From positions 337,763 through 401,762 of the forward strand of contig CAWEAD010000008.1 in assembly GCA_963807225.1 (NCBI GenBank): a stretch of DNA of 64,000 nt, in the 5' to 3' direction. The translations under genes and the position numbers were made by a program. The DNA comes from an uncultured delta proteobacterium (GTDB lineage Bacteria > Desulfobacterota > Desulfobulbia > Desulfobulbales > JAGXFP01). Positions within the stretch are counted from its first letter, which is position 1. Each line of letters begins with the position of its first letter. Shown in pieces: positions 44,849 through 54,568 of the stretch. The notes beneath the pieces are model-generated. The model was given only the letters and a program-made list of their open reading frames with translations, was not told where the DNA came from and did no database searches.

Positions 44849-45487
44849 ATGACCAAACAGCTTGCAAAAATATCGTCCGTTTTTCTCCTGCTGACCATGA
44901 TTGCGGTTCTTTTACTGCCCGGCTGCGGAAAAAAGCAGGAAGAAGAGAAGCCGGTCGTATCCGAGCAGGCGCTCAACGAATATTCCAGCGATAACGTCTT
45001 CATCCAGGTTTACCGGAAGGTCCAGGCTGAGCCGAACAATGTCGACGCCCTATACCATCTGGCCGATCTTTACGACCGCCAGGGTCAATACCAGAAGGCT
45101 GTCGATACCTTTAAAAAGGTGCTCGAACTGGATCCGGAGAGAAACTTTGCCTATTTCAAGCTGGGGACGGCATACAGTCGTCTCAATCAGCCTGAAAAAG
45201 CGGTTGAGGTGCTTAAGGAAGCGGCCCAACATCTGCCGCATAATCCGATTGTCCTGAATAATCTCGGGATTGCCTACGGCAAGTTGGACCGGCTGGACGA
45301 CGAGATCGCCGCTTTCAAGAAAGCCTTGGAAATCCGGCCTCGCTACTCCGCTGCCCGCTTTAACCTGGCGCTGATTTATCTCAAGAAAGGCGACCGGCAG
45401 AGCGCCATGGAGCAGTATGTGGAGTTGAAAAAGTTTGACATAACGATGGCCGAAGAACTGATGAAAAGAATCGGGGCCGATAAATAA
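44849..45487 (+). CDS. TPR-repeat lipoprotein
   Basis: Lipobox LLLPGC. TPR units (ALYHLADLYDRQGQYQKAVDTFKKVLELDP...). Confidence 0.8.
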   Translation: MTKQLAKISSVFLLLTMIAVLLLPGCGKKQEEEKPVVSEQALNEYSSDNVFIQVYRKVQAEPNNVDALYHLADLYDRQGQYQKAVDTFKKVLELDPERNFAYFKLGTAYSRLNQPEKAVEVLKEAAQHLPHNPIVLNNLGIAYGKLDRLDDEIAAFKKALEIRPRYSAARFNLALIYLKKGDRQSAMEQYVELKKFDITMAEELMKRIGADK

Positions 45488-45510
45488 GTTTATTCCGAGG
45501 TGGCTGGGAA

Positions 45511-46185
45511 ATGATCGAGGCGATAAATCTGGCAAAATCCTATCGGGTTGGAGGGCAGACCCTGTCTGCGGCCAATGGGGTGAACCTGGCGGTCGACAAA
45601 GGCGAAATGGTGGCGGTAATCGGTCACTCCGGCAGCGGTAAGACCACGCTGCTCAGCCTGCTGGGTGGTTTGACCCGTCCCGACTCCGGTCAGGTGAAAA
45701 TCGGGAAAACGAACATTTGGTCCCTTTCCGATAACGATCTTTCCGAATTGCGTAATCGCGAACTCGGGTTCATCTACCAATTTTCCAGTTTGATTCCCAC
45801 CCTTTCGGTGCAGGAGAACGTCTTTCTGCCCAGCGCTTTCGGGCTCGGCCTGGATAATCTGGTCGGTCGAACTCTGGGGCTTCTGGAACAAGTAGGTTTG
45901 GCCGACAAGGCCCATTTTTATCCGGCCCAGCTTTCCGGGGGCCAGCAAAGGCGGGTGGCCATCGCCCGCGCCTTCATAAATTCCCCATCGATCATCCTGG
46001 CCGACGAACCTACCGGTGATCTGGATGAGGAAACCGAAGGTGATATCATCAAATTCTTCAAGCAGGTCAACAGGGATTTTGGGACTACTTTCGTTATCGT
46101 GACTCACAACAAGACCATCGCCGCCCAATCACATCGCCAATTGGTTATGAAAAATGGAGTTCTGAGCGAAAGGGCGGACAACTGA
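45511..46185 (+). CDS. ABC transporter ATP-binding protein (MacB/LolD-like)
   Basis: Walker [10 protein letters not shown], signature [14 protein letters not shown], Walker [12 protein letters not shown]. Confidence 0.92.
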   Translation: MIEAINLAKSYRVGGQTLSAANGVNLAVDKGEMVAVIGHSGSGKTTLLSLLGGLTRPDSGQVKIGKTNIWSLSDNDLSELRNRELGFIYQFSSLIPTLSVQENVFLPSAFGLGLDNLVGRTLGLLEQVGLADKAHFYPAQLSGGQQRRVAIARAFINSPSIILADEPTGDLDEETEGDIIKFFKQVNRDFGTTFVIVTHNKTIAAQSHRQLVMKNGVLSERADN

Positions 46186-46236
46186 CAAACTGTTTGTTAA
46201 GCCGCCTGGTCAGCCAGAAGGCTTGTTAACCAGGCC

Positions 46237-47163
46237 TTAATTTGCCGGGCTGCAGGCTTGCCGGTAATCGGGTATTTCCTCTTTGAATGTGGCACGCAAT
46301 TTCGCCAGCAAGCCGATTTCAATTTGCCTGATCCTCTCCTTGGAAACCTGGAACTGTTCGGCAATAACTTGCAGCGTCTGACCATCCGGATTGAGCAGTC
46401 GCTGATTCAGGATGGCCTTCTCCCGTTGGCTGAAGGTATCCTGGTTACGGTCCAGAATATCCCGCACCAGGCTCTTTATTTCCCGGAATGAGACGATTTC
46501 TTCCGCCGAGGGGCCGGTCTGTTGTAAGAATTCCTTGCGGGTGGTTTCCGAATCGGGACCAAGCGGGGCGTCGATGGAGATTTCGGAACCGTTCAGGCGC
46601 TGCTTCATCTCGATGATATCCTTTTCCCTGACCTGCAGATTGGCGGCCAAATTTTTCGGTTCAGCTTTGATCCCCAGCGCTTCCAGGCGGCGGCTTTCCT
46701 TTTTCAAATTGAAGAAGAGCTTGCGCTGGTTCTGGGTGGTGCCGATTTTCACCAGCCGTTTGTTATCCATCAGGTGTTTCATAATGTGAGCCCGGATCCA
46801 GAAAGAGGCGTAGTAAGAAAATTTGATACCGCGCTCCGGTTCAAATTTTTTTACCGCCTTGGCCAGGCCTACATTGCCTTCCTGGACCAGATCAAGAAAA
46901 TCCGGCATCCAGTATTTCTTGAAATCCAAGGCGATTTTGACCACCAGCCGCAAGTTGGCGGTGATCAGCCGGTTCCTGGTCGCCGGGTCGTTATTTTCCT
47001 GGAATAACCTGGCCAGGCTGTTTGTTTCCTGCTCCGATAGGAGGGGGTAGCGGCCAACTTCCCGGAGATATGTGCGAAGCCCGTCTTCATTGGCAGACTG
47101 TTTGTCGTGATTGATCGGCTGGGTAGCGGTGGATGTCACTCTGGGTAAGACTGAAGTTTTCAT
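46237..47163 (-). CDS. rpoH: RNA polymerase sigma-32 factor
   Basis: Sigma-70 family regions 2-4 with the RpoH-box-like QNQRKLFFNLKK. ATG 47163 with an AGGAG RBS is preferred over the ORF-track 47283. Confidence 0.85.
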   Translation of the reverse strand: MKTSVLPRVTSTATQPINHDKQSANEDGLRTYLREVGRYPLLSEQETNSLARLFQENNDPATRNRLITANLRLVVKIALDFKKYWMPDFLDLVQEGNVGLAKAVKKFEPERGIKFSYYASFWIRAHIMKHLMDNKRLVKIGTTQNQRKLFFNLKKESRRLEALGIKAEPKNLAANLQVREKDIIEMKQRLNGSEISIDAPLGPDSETTRKEFLQQTGPSAEEIVSFREIKSLVRDILDRNQDTFSQREKAILNQRLLNPDGQTLQVIAEQFQVSKERIRQIEIGLLAKLRATFKEEIPDYRQACSPAN

Positions 47164-47328
47164 TGTCGCGTAACTCCTGAATCTATCGGCACTTTGTCCT
47201 TGCGGCCGGGCCGCCGGTTTGAGCCGATCGGATATGTTACTTCCGGGTCGGAAGTAACTTTTATTCTTGTTGATACTCAGCAACTCAGACCCGATAGGTC
47301 GGGTGGGGAGTTACCGATTACAAGAATT

Positions 47329-47365
47329 CGGCAGAGGCCGGCCGGTTGTCGTCCGGCCTCTGCCG
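47329..47365. other. strong 13-bp perfect hairpin in the rpoH upstream region
   Basis: CGGCAGAGGCCGG-(11 nt)-CCGGCCTCTGCCG. No clear U-tract on either strand. Confidence 0.6.
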
Positions 47366-47757
47366 CTTATAAGTATTCAATGATCATGCCAGAATGGGTT
47401 GAGGAGCTGTCGTCTGCCTGGAAACCATGTAAATACAGGAAGATGGCTGGTCAAAAAACTCCGGAGGTTGACTTTCCAGCAACCCTGGACGCTTAATACT
47501 TGGTTAAATTCTTAAACTTCTGAACAATATTCTGTACAGGAAGGCCGGCGCCACGGTTTAGCATTCAGAACCTTAATCAGCTGGTATTGATGCCGGCAGA
47601 AGATTGATCGTCGGATCGGCAACCAATATTCATGGAAATTCTTCCCAAGCGACGTCATTCATGAGATGATGTGCGCCAGAGCGGCAGTAATTCAAGTCGG
47701 GATGCGAGGCGACTAATATCCGGCTTCATTCATAACCCATCAAGCAAAGGTGAAAAG

Positions 47758-47907
47758 TTGGCGAAACCCAATTATTCCTACGAAAAGCGACAAAGGGACC
47801 TGGCCAAAAAAAAGAAAAAGGAAGAAAAAAAGGCACGCAAACTGGTCAAGAATTCTTCGGAATCCGGTGAGCAGGAAAATCAGGTGGAGGAGGGTGCCGG
47901 CAGTTGA
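47758..47907 (+). CDS. possible small lysine-rich protein (49 aa, TTG start)
   Basis: (L/M)AKPNYSYEKRQRDLAKKKKKEEKKARK... after AAGGTG. The start codon is uncertain. Confidence 0.3.
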   Translation: MAKPNYSYEKRQRDLAKKKKKEEKKARKLVKNSSESGEQENQVEEGAGS

Positions 47908-48053
47908 TGCCTTCCGGCGGCTGTTCTGTCGATTCAGTTAACTTTGCTATCGGCTTTTTTTAGACGAATGGTTTTTGTAATTCCCATCGCTTGGTTGGCC
48001 GGGAAGCGGGATGAACCGGAAGGTCGGGATGCGGACACTGGCAAGGTAATTAA

Positions 48054-48485
48054 ATGATTTTGCTCGGCATCCATCCCCTGCTGCAAGCGCTGGCCCTTTC
48101 CCTGGCCGTATACGCCGCTGGTCTGGGTTGGCGTCGTGCCGCCTCCTTGCATTTCGGCCGCGTGGACAAATTTGAAAAGGACCGCCACGTGCTGGTTGGT
48201 TCCCTGGCCTTGATGATGATGCTGGGCGGCATCGCCGGGGGGTTGATCATGGTTTCACGCTACCTGCATCGGCCAGTGTTAAAAGGGCTGCATGGTCAGG
48301 TGGCTATGATTGCCTTGCCGTTTCTGCTTTTCGGACTTTTCACCGGTTTCTATCTTTATCTTAATCCGGCCAGACGTAAGGTCCTGCCTGCGATTCATGG
48401 GGGCAATAACCTGGTGATCCTCTTCTTCGTGCTTCTGCAACTCTATACCGGGATCAAATTCTATTTGGCGTTGGTGGCCGGATGA
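48054..48485 (+). CDS. DUF4079-like four-helix membrane protein
   Basis: 143 aa with four hydrophobic helices. The family assignment is from memory of DUF4079 architecture. Confidence 0.55.
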   Translation: MILLGIHPLLQALALSLAVYAAGLGWRRAASLHFGRVDKFEKDRHVLVGSLALMMMLGGIAGGLIMVSRYLHRPVLKGLHGQVAMIALPFLLFGLFTGFYLYLNPARRKVLPAIHGGNNLVILFFVLLQLYTGIKFYLALVAG

Positions 48486-48584
48486 ACGAACAAGATAAGT
48501 GGTTTTCCTTGGCTGAATGGTGCCGTAGAACCAGCCATAGCGGTGCTTATCCGGTTTATCCGTCGTGCCGGGTTGAGTAAGCGG

Positions 48585-49154
48585 ATGGTAAGATGCGATT
48601 GGGTTACAACCGATCCACTCTATCTGGCCTATCACGACCAGGAGTGGGGGGTGCCGGTCCATGACGATCACCGCCTCTTTGAGATGTTGATTCTCGAGGG
48701 ATCACAGGCGGGGCTGAGCTGGCTCACCATCCTGAAGCGTCGCGGGAACTACCGGATCGCCTATGACGATTTCGAACCGGAAGTGATGGCGGTCTGGAGC
48801 GATGACCGACTGGCGGAACTGGCCCTGGACTCGGGGATCATCCGCAACCGCTTGAAAATTGCAGCGGCCCGGACCAATGCCCGGTCCTTTTTGCGCCTGG
48901 TCGAGGAATTCGGCAGTTTCGACCGTTTTATCTGGTCCTTTGTCGAAGGCCGACCGATTCGCAATTGTTGGCGGGAGATGCTTGAGGTGCCAGCCTCGTC
49001 AAAGGAATCCGACCGGATGAGCCGGGAACTCAAGCGCTTAGGCTTTAAGTTTGTCGGTTCGACCATCTGCTATGCCTTCATGCAAGCGGTGGGGCTGGTC
49101 AACGATCATCTGATCGATTGCTTTCGCTACGAAGCCATTAATAAGCTCAGCTGA
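48585..49154 (+). CDS. tag: DNA-3-methyladenine glycosylase I
   Basis: MVRCDWVTTDPLYLAYHDQEWGVPVHDD...EGSQAGLSW... matches the Tag family. ATG 48585 preferred. Confidence 0.9.
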   Translation: MVRCDWVTTDPLYLAYHDQEWGVPVHDDHRLFEMLILEGSQAGLSWLTILKRRGNYRIAYDDFEPEVMAVWSDDRLAELALDSGIIRNRLKIAAARTNARSFLRLVEEFGSFDRFIWSFVEGRPIRNCWREMLEVPASSKESDRMSRELKRLGFKFVGSTICYAFMQAVGLVNDHLIDCFRYEAINKLS

Positions 49155-49201
49155 TTACCCTCTCCGCGTCGATATTTTGACAACGTTATAGTTTCCCTGC
49201 C

Positions 49202-49520
49202 ATGAAAGAGGTATCCATGGATCTTCTTGTGAGAAAAAACAACAGCCTCATTCAGCCGGGCCATCGGAACCCATCCCACCGTAGAGAACTACCTTTGGCG
49301 CAGCCGGGCATACCGGACACTAAGGAAATCCAACCTCGCCCTGGCCGATTTGGAAATGGTGCTGGAACTGAAGCCTGAGCTGGCCGAGGCCTATTTTCTC
49401 AGGGGGTTGATTCGGCGAGAGAGTGGGGAAAAACAGGAGGGGTTGACCGATATCCGTAAGGCCTCCAGTCTGGGAAACGGCAAGGCCAAACTTTGGTTGA
49501 AGGCCAAAAGCAAGCGGTAA
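49202..49520 (+). pseudogene. small TPR-like gene, apparently frameshifted
   Basis: The C-terminal frame reads ...ENYLWRSRAYRTLRKSNLALADLEMVLELKPELAEAYFLRGLIRRESGEKQEGLTDIRKASSLGNGKAKLWLK* but has no start codon. A 59-codon ATG ORF from 49202 lies in another frame. Confidence 0.35.
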
Positions 49521-49550
49521 AGGGAAACTAAGGCAACTGTTCTCTGCAGC

Positions 49551-50006
49551 CTATTTGATTTTGCCGACCCGGTTGAGCATGGAGGCGGTGGCTAACTGGC
49601 CGATCAGCTCGGCATCGTCCTGGCGCAAATCGGAGAATTCCAACCCCGCATCGCAGAATTTTTCCTTGACTTTGACCCAGCGGGTAGTGGCCCTGGCCAT
49701 GACGGTGCGCTTGTTCAAGATGAAACCGACTTTGACCAGTTCGTCCTTGTTCAGGGCCTTGGGAATTCTGATTCGTACCCCGCTTTCGCTGAGGTCGAGG
49801 ATCAGGCCGTCGAACACACCCTTGGCGACGGTGCCGACCCGGACCGGCAGTCGTGAAAGATTCCCGGGCAGGATGGACTTTAGTGAAGCTACCTCGGTTC
49901 GTTCATGTCTTCGACCCTGCTTGGTCTTGAGACGGTCTTCATAATCGGAGTCCATCTCCAGCTTCAAGGTGGGGATTTCATTCCAAGTTTTATCGTGTTC
50001 GGACAT
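49551..50006 (-). CDS. PilZ domain protein
   Basis: GRRHERTEV...DLSESGVRIRI (RxxxR ... DxSxxG). ATG 50006 with a GAGGAG RBS. Confidence 0.8.
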   Translation of the reverse strand: MSEHDKTWNEIPTLKLEMDSDYEDRLKTKQGRRHERTEVASLKSILPGNLSRLPVRVGTVAKGVFDGLILDLSESGVRIRIPKALNKDELVKVGFILNKRTVMARATTRWVKVKEKFCDAGLEFSDLRQDDAELIGQLATASMLNRVGKIK

Positions 50007-50228
50007 GCGGAGTCTCCTCACGGTAACACCAACTGCGGACGTGCATAACAGTTTATATTGGTATAACCAGCGGATATGGACTTTTCAACTATTATTGACG
50101 ATTATTTCAGTAATTTCAATGCAATAACTAATAATATCAGTCTTTCCGTGCCGTGGAGTAGAATGACGTGATCCAGTGGTGATGTCGGTGCATCGGCAAT
50201 GTCGGTTGAATAATCAACTTCTGTAAAT

Positions 50229-51674
50229 TCAACAGGCACGGCCATTGTACTTGAAGAGGAGCCGCAGGATTTTTCTAACTTTGTCCGAAAATATTTTCTC
50301 ACTGTAGATGCTGCCGACCACCTTCTTATTGATCTCTGCCAGGGTTGGGTAGGGATGGATAGCACCGGCCAGGCGGGAAAGTTTCACCCCGCCGTTTAAC
50401 GCAGCTACCCATTCGCCCAGCAAATCACCGGCGTGTTGACCGAGGATCTGCACCCCTAGCGGACGATCATGGCGGTCGAGCAGCAACTTGATCCGACCGG
50501 ACTTCTCGCCTTCGGCCAACGCCCGGTCATTGGTCTGGAACTCCTCGGTCCGGACCCGGAATTCCAGACCGGCCCGTCTGGCCGACTTTTCGTTGTGGCC
50601 GATACTGGCCAGTTCCGGTGCCGTGTAGGTGCACCAGGGCATCCAGGTGTAGTCCGTTTTTCTGGGCAGGTGAAAAACCGCGTTGCTGACTACGATGCCG
50701 CCCTCGTATCCGGCGGCGTGGGTGAACTGGTAGCCGCCGATCACGTCTCCGGCGGCGAAGATGTGTTTTTGACCGGTACGCAGGCGCTGGTCGACTTTGA
50801 TCCCTTTCCGGTCACAAATGATCCCGATATTTTCCAGATTCAAACCTTCAATATTCACCGACCTTCCCAGAGCCACCAGCAAGTCGGTGCCGGTAATGAC
50901 CATGATGTCGCCGTCGGCGGTTTCGATGGTAACCTCTCGCCGCTCACCTTGGCTGGCGACCCTCTTCAGGTTGCAATCCAGATGGAATTCCACCCCCTCT
51001 CCGGTCAGAACCCGCCGGACCGTTTCAGCCAGATCCCGGTCTTCCTTGCTGAGAATCTGGTCGCTGCGCTGGATTACCTTAACCCGACTGCCCAAACGTT
51101 GAAAAGCCTGGGCCATTTCGATGGCGATGGGCCCGCCGCCCAGGATGATCAACTCCTCGGGTAATTTCTCCAGTGAAAAGATTTCCCGATTGGTCAGATA
51201 TGGAGTCTGATCCAGCCCCTCAACTGGAGGTATGGCCGGAGAAGAACCGGTGGCGATCACCCAGATTTTGGCGGTGATTGCCTGGCCGTCCAGATCGATA
51301 GTATGTTCATCGGTGAAACTGGGTAACCCGAAGAGCACTTTGACTCCCAGGTCGCAAAAGCGTTTAACCGAGTCGTGTCGCTGGATGGTATCGATCACCT
51401 CTTTGATGCGATTGGAGACGTCGGTGAAGTTTACCGGCGCCACCATCGGTTGCGGCAGACCATAGCGGTGGGCGTTTTTCATCTGATGATGGATCCGGGC
51501 GGTCTTGATCAGGGTCTTGCTGGGTACGCAGCCGTAATGGAGACAATCGCCGCCCAGGTTCGAATCCCTCTCCACCAGCAGGGTTTTGGCGCCCAGCTGG
51601 GCGGCGCCGCTGGCCACGGTTAAGCCGGCGGCGCCACCGCCCAGAATGCCCAGATCGTAGTCGAACTTCTTCAT
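50229..51674 (-). CDS. pyridine nucleotide-disulfide oxidoreductase (dihydrolipoyl dehydrogenase / mercuric-reductase-like)
   Basis: GGGAAG FAD motif, redox-active GGDCLHYGCVPSK, C-terminal dimerisation domain. Confidence 0.9.
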   Translation of the reverse strand: MKKFDYDLGILGGGAAGLTVASGAAQLGAKTLLVERDSNLGGDCLHYGCVPSKTLIKTARIHHQMKNAHRYGLPQPMVAPVNFTDVSNRIKEVIDTIQRHDSVKRFCDLGVKVLFGLPSFTDEHTIDLDGQAITAKIWVIATGSSPAIPPVEGLDQTPYLTNREIFSLEKLPEELIILGGGPIAIEMAQAFQRLGSRVKVIQRSDQILSKEDRDLAETVRRVLTGEGVEFHLDCNLKRVASQGERREVTIETADGDIMVITGTDLLVALGRSVNIEGLNLENIGIICDRKGIKVDQRLRTGQKHIFAAGDVIGGYQFTHAAGYEGGIVVSNAVFHLPRKTDYTWMPWCTYTAPELASIGHNEKSARRAGLEFRVRTEEFQTNDRALAEGEKSGRIKLLLDRHDRPLGVQILGQHAGDLLGEWVAALNGGVKLSRLAGAIHPYPTLAEINKKVVGSIYSEKIFSDKVRKILRLLFKYNGRAC

Positions 51675-52387
51675 TTACTTTGCTCCTCCAACGAGGTCGG
51701 TCGGAACTTACGGCGGTAGAGTGTCAGGAGTTTTTTGGCGGCCAGGGGGAAAAGACCCAGCAGGCTGAAGGAGATGAGCAGGCCAGGTGAAAGGATGTCG
51801 GCAGGGGAATCGATCTGTCCCAATTCCCGGCCGGCGTTAACATAAACCATGGTGGCCGGCAGCATTCCCAGTTGGGATACCAGGTAGTAGGTGGAAAGCC
51901 GGATCCGGGTAAGGCCCATGGCCAGATTAATGATAAAAAAGGGAAAGACCGGGATCAGCCGCAGGGTGAAGAGATAGAAAGCGCCCTCCGCCTCAATGCC
52001 CCGGTTGATCTTATCCAGCTTGTCGGCGAAGCGGCTCTGGACCCAGTCACGCAGCAGGAAACGGGCGACGGCACAAGCCAGGGTAGCCCCAATGGTGCTG
52101 GCAAAGGAAACTGCGATGCTACCGGTCCAGAAACCGAACAGCGCGCCGCCGGCCAGGGTCATAACGGCCGCACCGGGTAAGGACAAGGCGGTTACCACGA
52201 TGTAGAGCAGGACGTACCCGGCCAGAACCAGGAAACGGTTCGAGGCATATAGGAGCTGGAAATGTTCCCGGGATTCTTTCAGGTAGGATAGGGTTAGGTA
52301 ATGCCCCAGGTCCAGGGCTCGAAAAGTGAAGGCGGCCAGTAAAAATGCCACCAACAGTCCCAGCCGGATAAGATTCTTGCGTTGCAT
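51671..52387 (-). CDS. TVP38/TMEM64 (DedA-related) family membrane protein
   Basis: 238 aa polytopic protein. 4-nt overlap with the downstream oxidoreductase. Confidence 0.8.
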   Translation of the reverse strand: MQRKNLIRLGLLVAFLLAAFTFRALDLGHYLTLSYLKESREHFQLLYASNRFLVLAGYVLLYIVVTALSLPGAAVMTLAGGALFGFWTGSIAVSFASTIGATLACAVARFLLRDWVQSRFADKLDKINRGIEAEGAFYLFTLRLIPVFPFFIINLAMGLTRIRLSTYYLVSQLGMLPATMVYVNAGRELGQIDSPADILSPGLLISFSLLGLFPLAAKKLLTLYRRKFRPTSLEEQSK

Positions 52388-52565
52388 CGAGTACTCTCGC
52401 GGGGATGGAATGGTGTTCCGGCCAGATAGCTATGTAGAACCGGAATTTACCTAAGCTTAAACAAATGTATCGGCCCTGTCCACTCCTGACCTGTTCACCT
52501 TCTGGGTTCCTGAACCATGGCGGCTGGAAAAGTCGGTTGGCCGACAGGGGAAGTTATGTTATCAA

Positions 52566-54548
52566 ATGGGAACAAAAGTACCCTGGATGAACCCCTGCAT
52601 GTCGCTGAAGAAAGAGATCGCCCTGATTCTGCTCGTGGTAATCGGCCTGTTCACGGCCCTTGATTACACGGTCCAGCGCTTCGTGATTTATCCCAGCTAT
52701 CGGAAACTGGACCGGAGCCGTGCCCGGGAAGATCTCCAGCGCGGTCTCGCCGTCCTGCAACGTGAAATTCTGCATCTGGATAAGCAGGTGCAGAACTGGT
52801 CGGCCAGGGACGACCTCCTGCGTTTCATGCGGGAACGTAACACCGGTTTCATTGAAACAAACCTGAGTCCCAAGACCTTCCTTGACAACCATCTCAACGC
52901 CATCTTTCTGCTGGATCAGAATGGCCGGGCCGTCTGGGGCCGGTCCCGCAAACTGGACGATTTAACGCAATTGCCCCTGGCTGAATTACCCGGCGATGCT
53001 CTCCCGCCTGGAAGTCCCTTGCGCAAACAGCGGACGGCGGAGGATTCAGTTAGCGGGATTCTGCTGACCGGAGCGGGACCGATGCTGATCGCCACCCGCC
53101 CGATCATTGATTCCGGCAAAACCGGGGAGCCGCTTGGAACCCTGTTGATGGGACGCCTGATGGATCAGGAAGAGCTGGCAGCCATCGCGACTCAGACTGG
53201 TGTCTGGTTGACGGTCTGGTCCTGTAGGGCTGATGCCGGGAAGGAAAACCTCCTTACCCCGGTTTCCGACAGTTCCGATTGTGACTGGCAGGGGCCGGAT
53301 ATTCCCGGCGCTGAAGACTTGCGGGCCATCTCCACCATCGACGCGGAAAAACCGGTGGTCCTGCGGGAGGAGAAAGGTGGAAAATTATGCGCCTACTCAC
53401 TCTTTCCCAAGGTGGTTGGCGCCGGCTTCATGGTCCTGAAGAGTCATAGCGAGATGCCGATTTCGGCGATGGGCAGCGATGTCCTGCACGGCGCCATGTT
53501 ATCGCTGCTCTGTGTGGGCTTGTTGATCCTGCTCGTACTACTGGAGGCCTTGAATCTTTCAGTATTGAAGCCGCTTGGCCTGTTGACTAAGCAGGTGGTG
53601 GCCTTACGCCGGAACGAGGGAAACGGCAGTCATATTACCGGAGTAATCAACTCGCAAAATGAGATCGGCGTGTTGGCCCGCGAATTCGATACGATGGTGG
53701 CTCAGTTGCTTCAGGCCCGCCGGCAACTGGCCGAACGTTCTTATCACTCCGGAATGACCGAGATGGCTTCCGGGGTGATCCATAACCTGCGTAATGCCCT
53801 GACCCCGGTCACCGCCAACCTAGATCTGCTCAAGGAAGAATTTCATGATCTGCCTCTGGCCCAGATGAAAATGGCCGGGGGCGAATTGGCTGATCCCGCT
53901 GTAAGCGGCGAGCGGCGAGAGATGCTGGTGCGATACCTGCGGGAATCGCTTGGTTATCTCTCCGAAATGATCTCCGATATCAGGGTCCGCCTAAAGAACC
54001 TGGATGCCGGAGTAGTTCAGGTTGAAAAGATCCTGGGCAACCAGGAAAAATTTATCGGCTTCAATCGGGGGGGCGAAGTAATCGAACTGGCTCAACTGAT
54101 TCGTGAAGCATCCGTTCTGGTAAATCTGAACTTTCACAAGGGGCTGGATTTGCGGATTGATCCCACTCTGGAGGAGGTCGGCGTGGTGGTGGGCCAACGA
54201 AACGCCCTGCTGCACGTCTTCGCCAATCTGATCAATAATGCCAGCGAGGCCATTTCCCGAGCCGAGCGGCGGCAAGGGTTAATCGAAATCGTGGCGGTAT
54301 CGGAAGCTGACGTTGAGCCGGAACTGGTACATATCATGATCAGGGATAACGGTTGTGGAATCTTGCCCGACGATCTGTCGCATCTTTTTGAAAGAGGGTA
54401 TACTACAAAAAATAACTCCGGTTCAGGGATCGGGCTACATTGGTGCGCCAATACTGTGGCCGCTATGCACGGCAGGCTCTGGGCCGAGAGCGGCGGCCCC
54501 GACCGGGGCGCCACTCTGCATCTGATGTTGCCGAAAAGTCTGCCGTAG
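52566..54548 (+). CDS. sensor histidine kinase with a CHASE4-like N-terminal sensor domain
   Basis: TM helix, extracytoplasmic domain, TM helix, HAMP-like linker, H-box VIHNLRNALTP, ATPase NLINNASEA...GSGIGLHWC. Confidence 0.85.
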   Translation: MGTKVPWMNPCMSLKKEIALILLVVIGLFTALDYTVQRFVIYPSYRKLDRSRAREDLQRGLAVLQREILHLDKQVQNWSARDDLLRFMRERNTGFIETNLSPKTFLDNHLNAIFLLDQNGRAVWGRSRKLDDLTQLPLAELPGDALPPGSPLRKQRTAEDSVSGILLTGAGPMLIATRPIIDSGKTGEPLGTLLMGRLMDQEELAAIATQTGVWLTVWSCRADAGKENLLTPVSDSSDCDWQGPDIPGAEDLRAISTIDAEKPVVLREEKGGKLCAYSLFPKVVGAGFMVLKSHSEMPISAMGSDVLHGAMLSLLCVGLLILLVLLEALNLSVLKPLGLLTKQVVALRRNEGNGSHITGVINSQNEIGVLAREFDTMVAQLLQARRQLAERSYHSGMTEMASGVIHNLRNALTPVTANLDLLKEEFHDLPLAQMKMAGGELADPAVSGERREMLVRYLRESLGYLSEMISDIRVRLKNLDAGVVQVEKILGNQEKFIGFNRGGEVIELAQLIREASVLVNLNFHKGLDLRIDPTLEEVGVVVGQRNALLHVFANLINNASEAISRAERRQGLIEIVAVSEADVEPELVHIMIRDNGCGILPDDLSHLFERGYTTKNNSGSGIGLHWCANTVAAMHGRLWAESGGPDRGATLHLMLPKSLP

Positions 54549-54568
54549 GACAAGGGGAAGAGGTGAAC

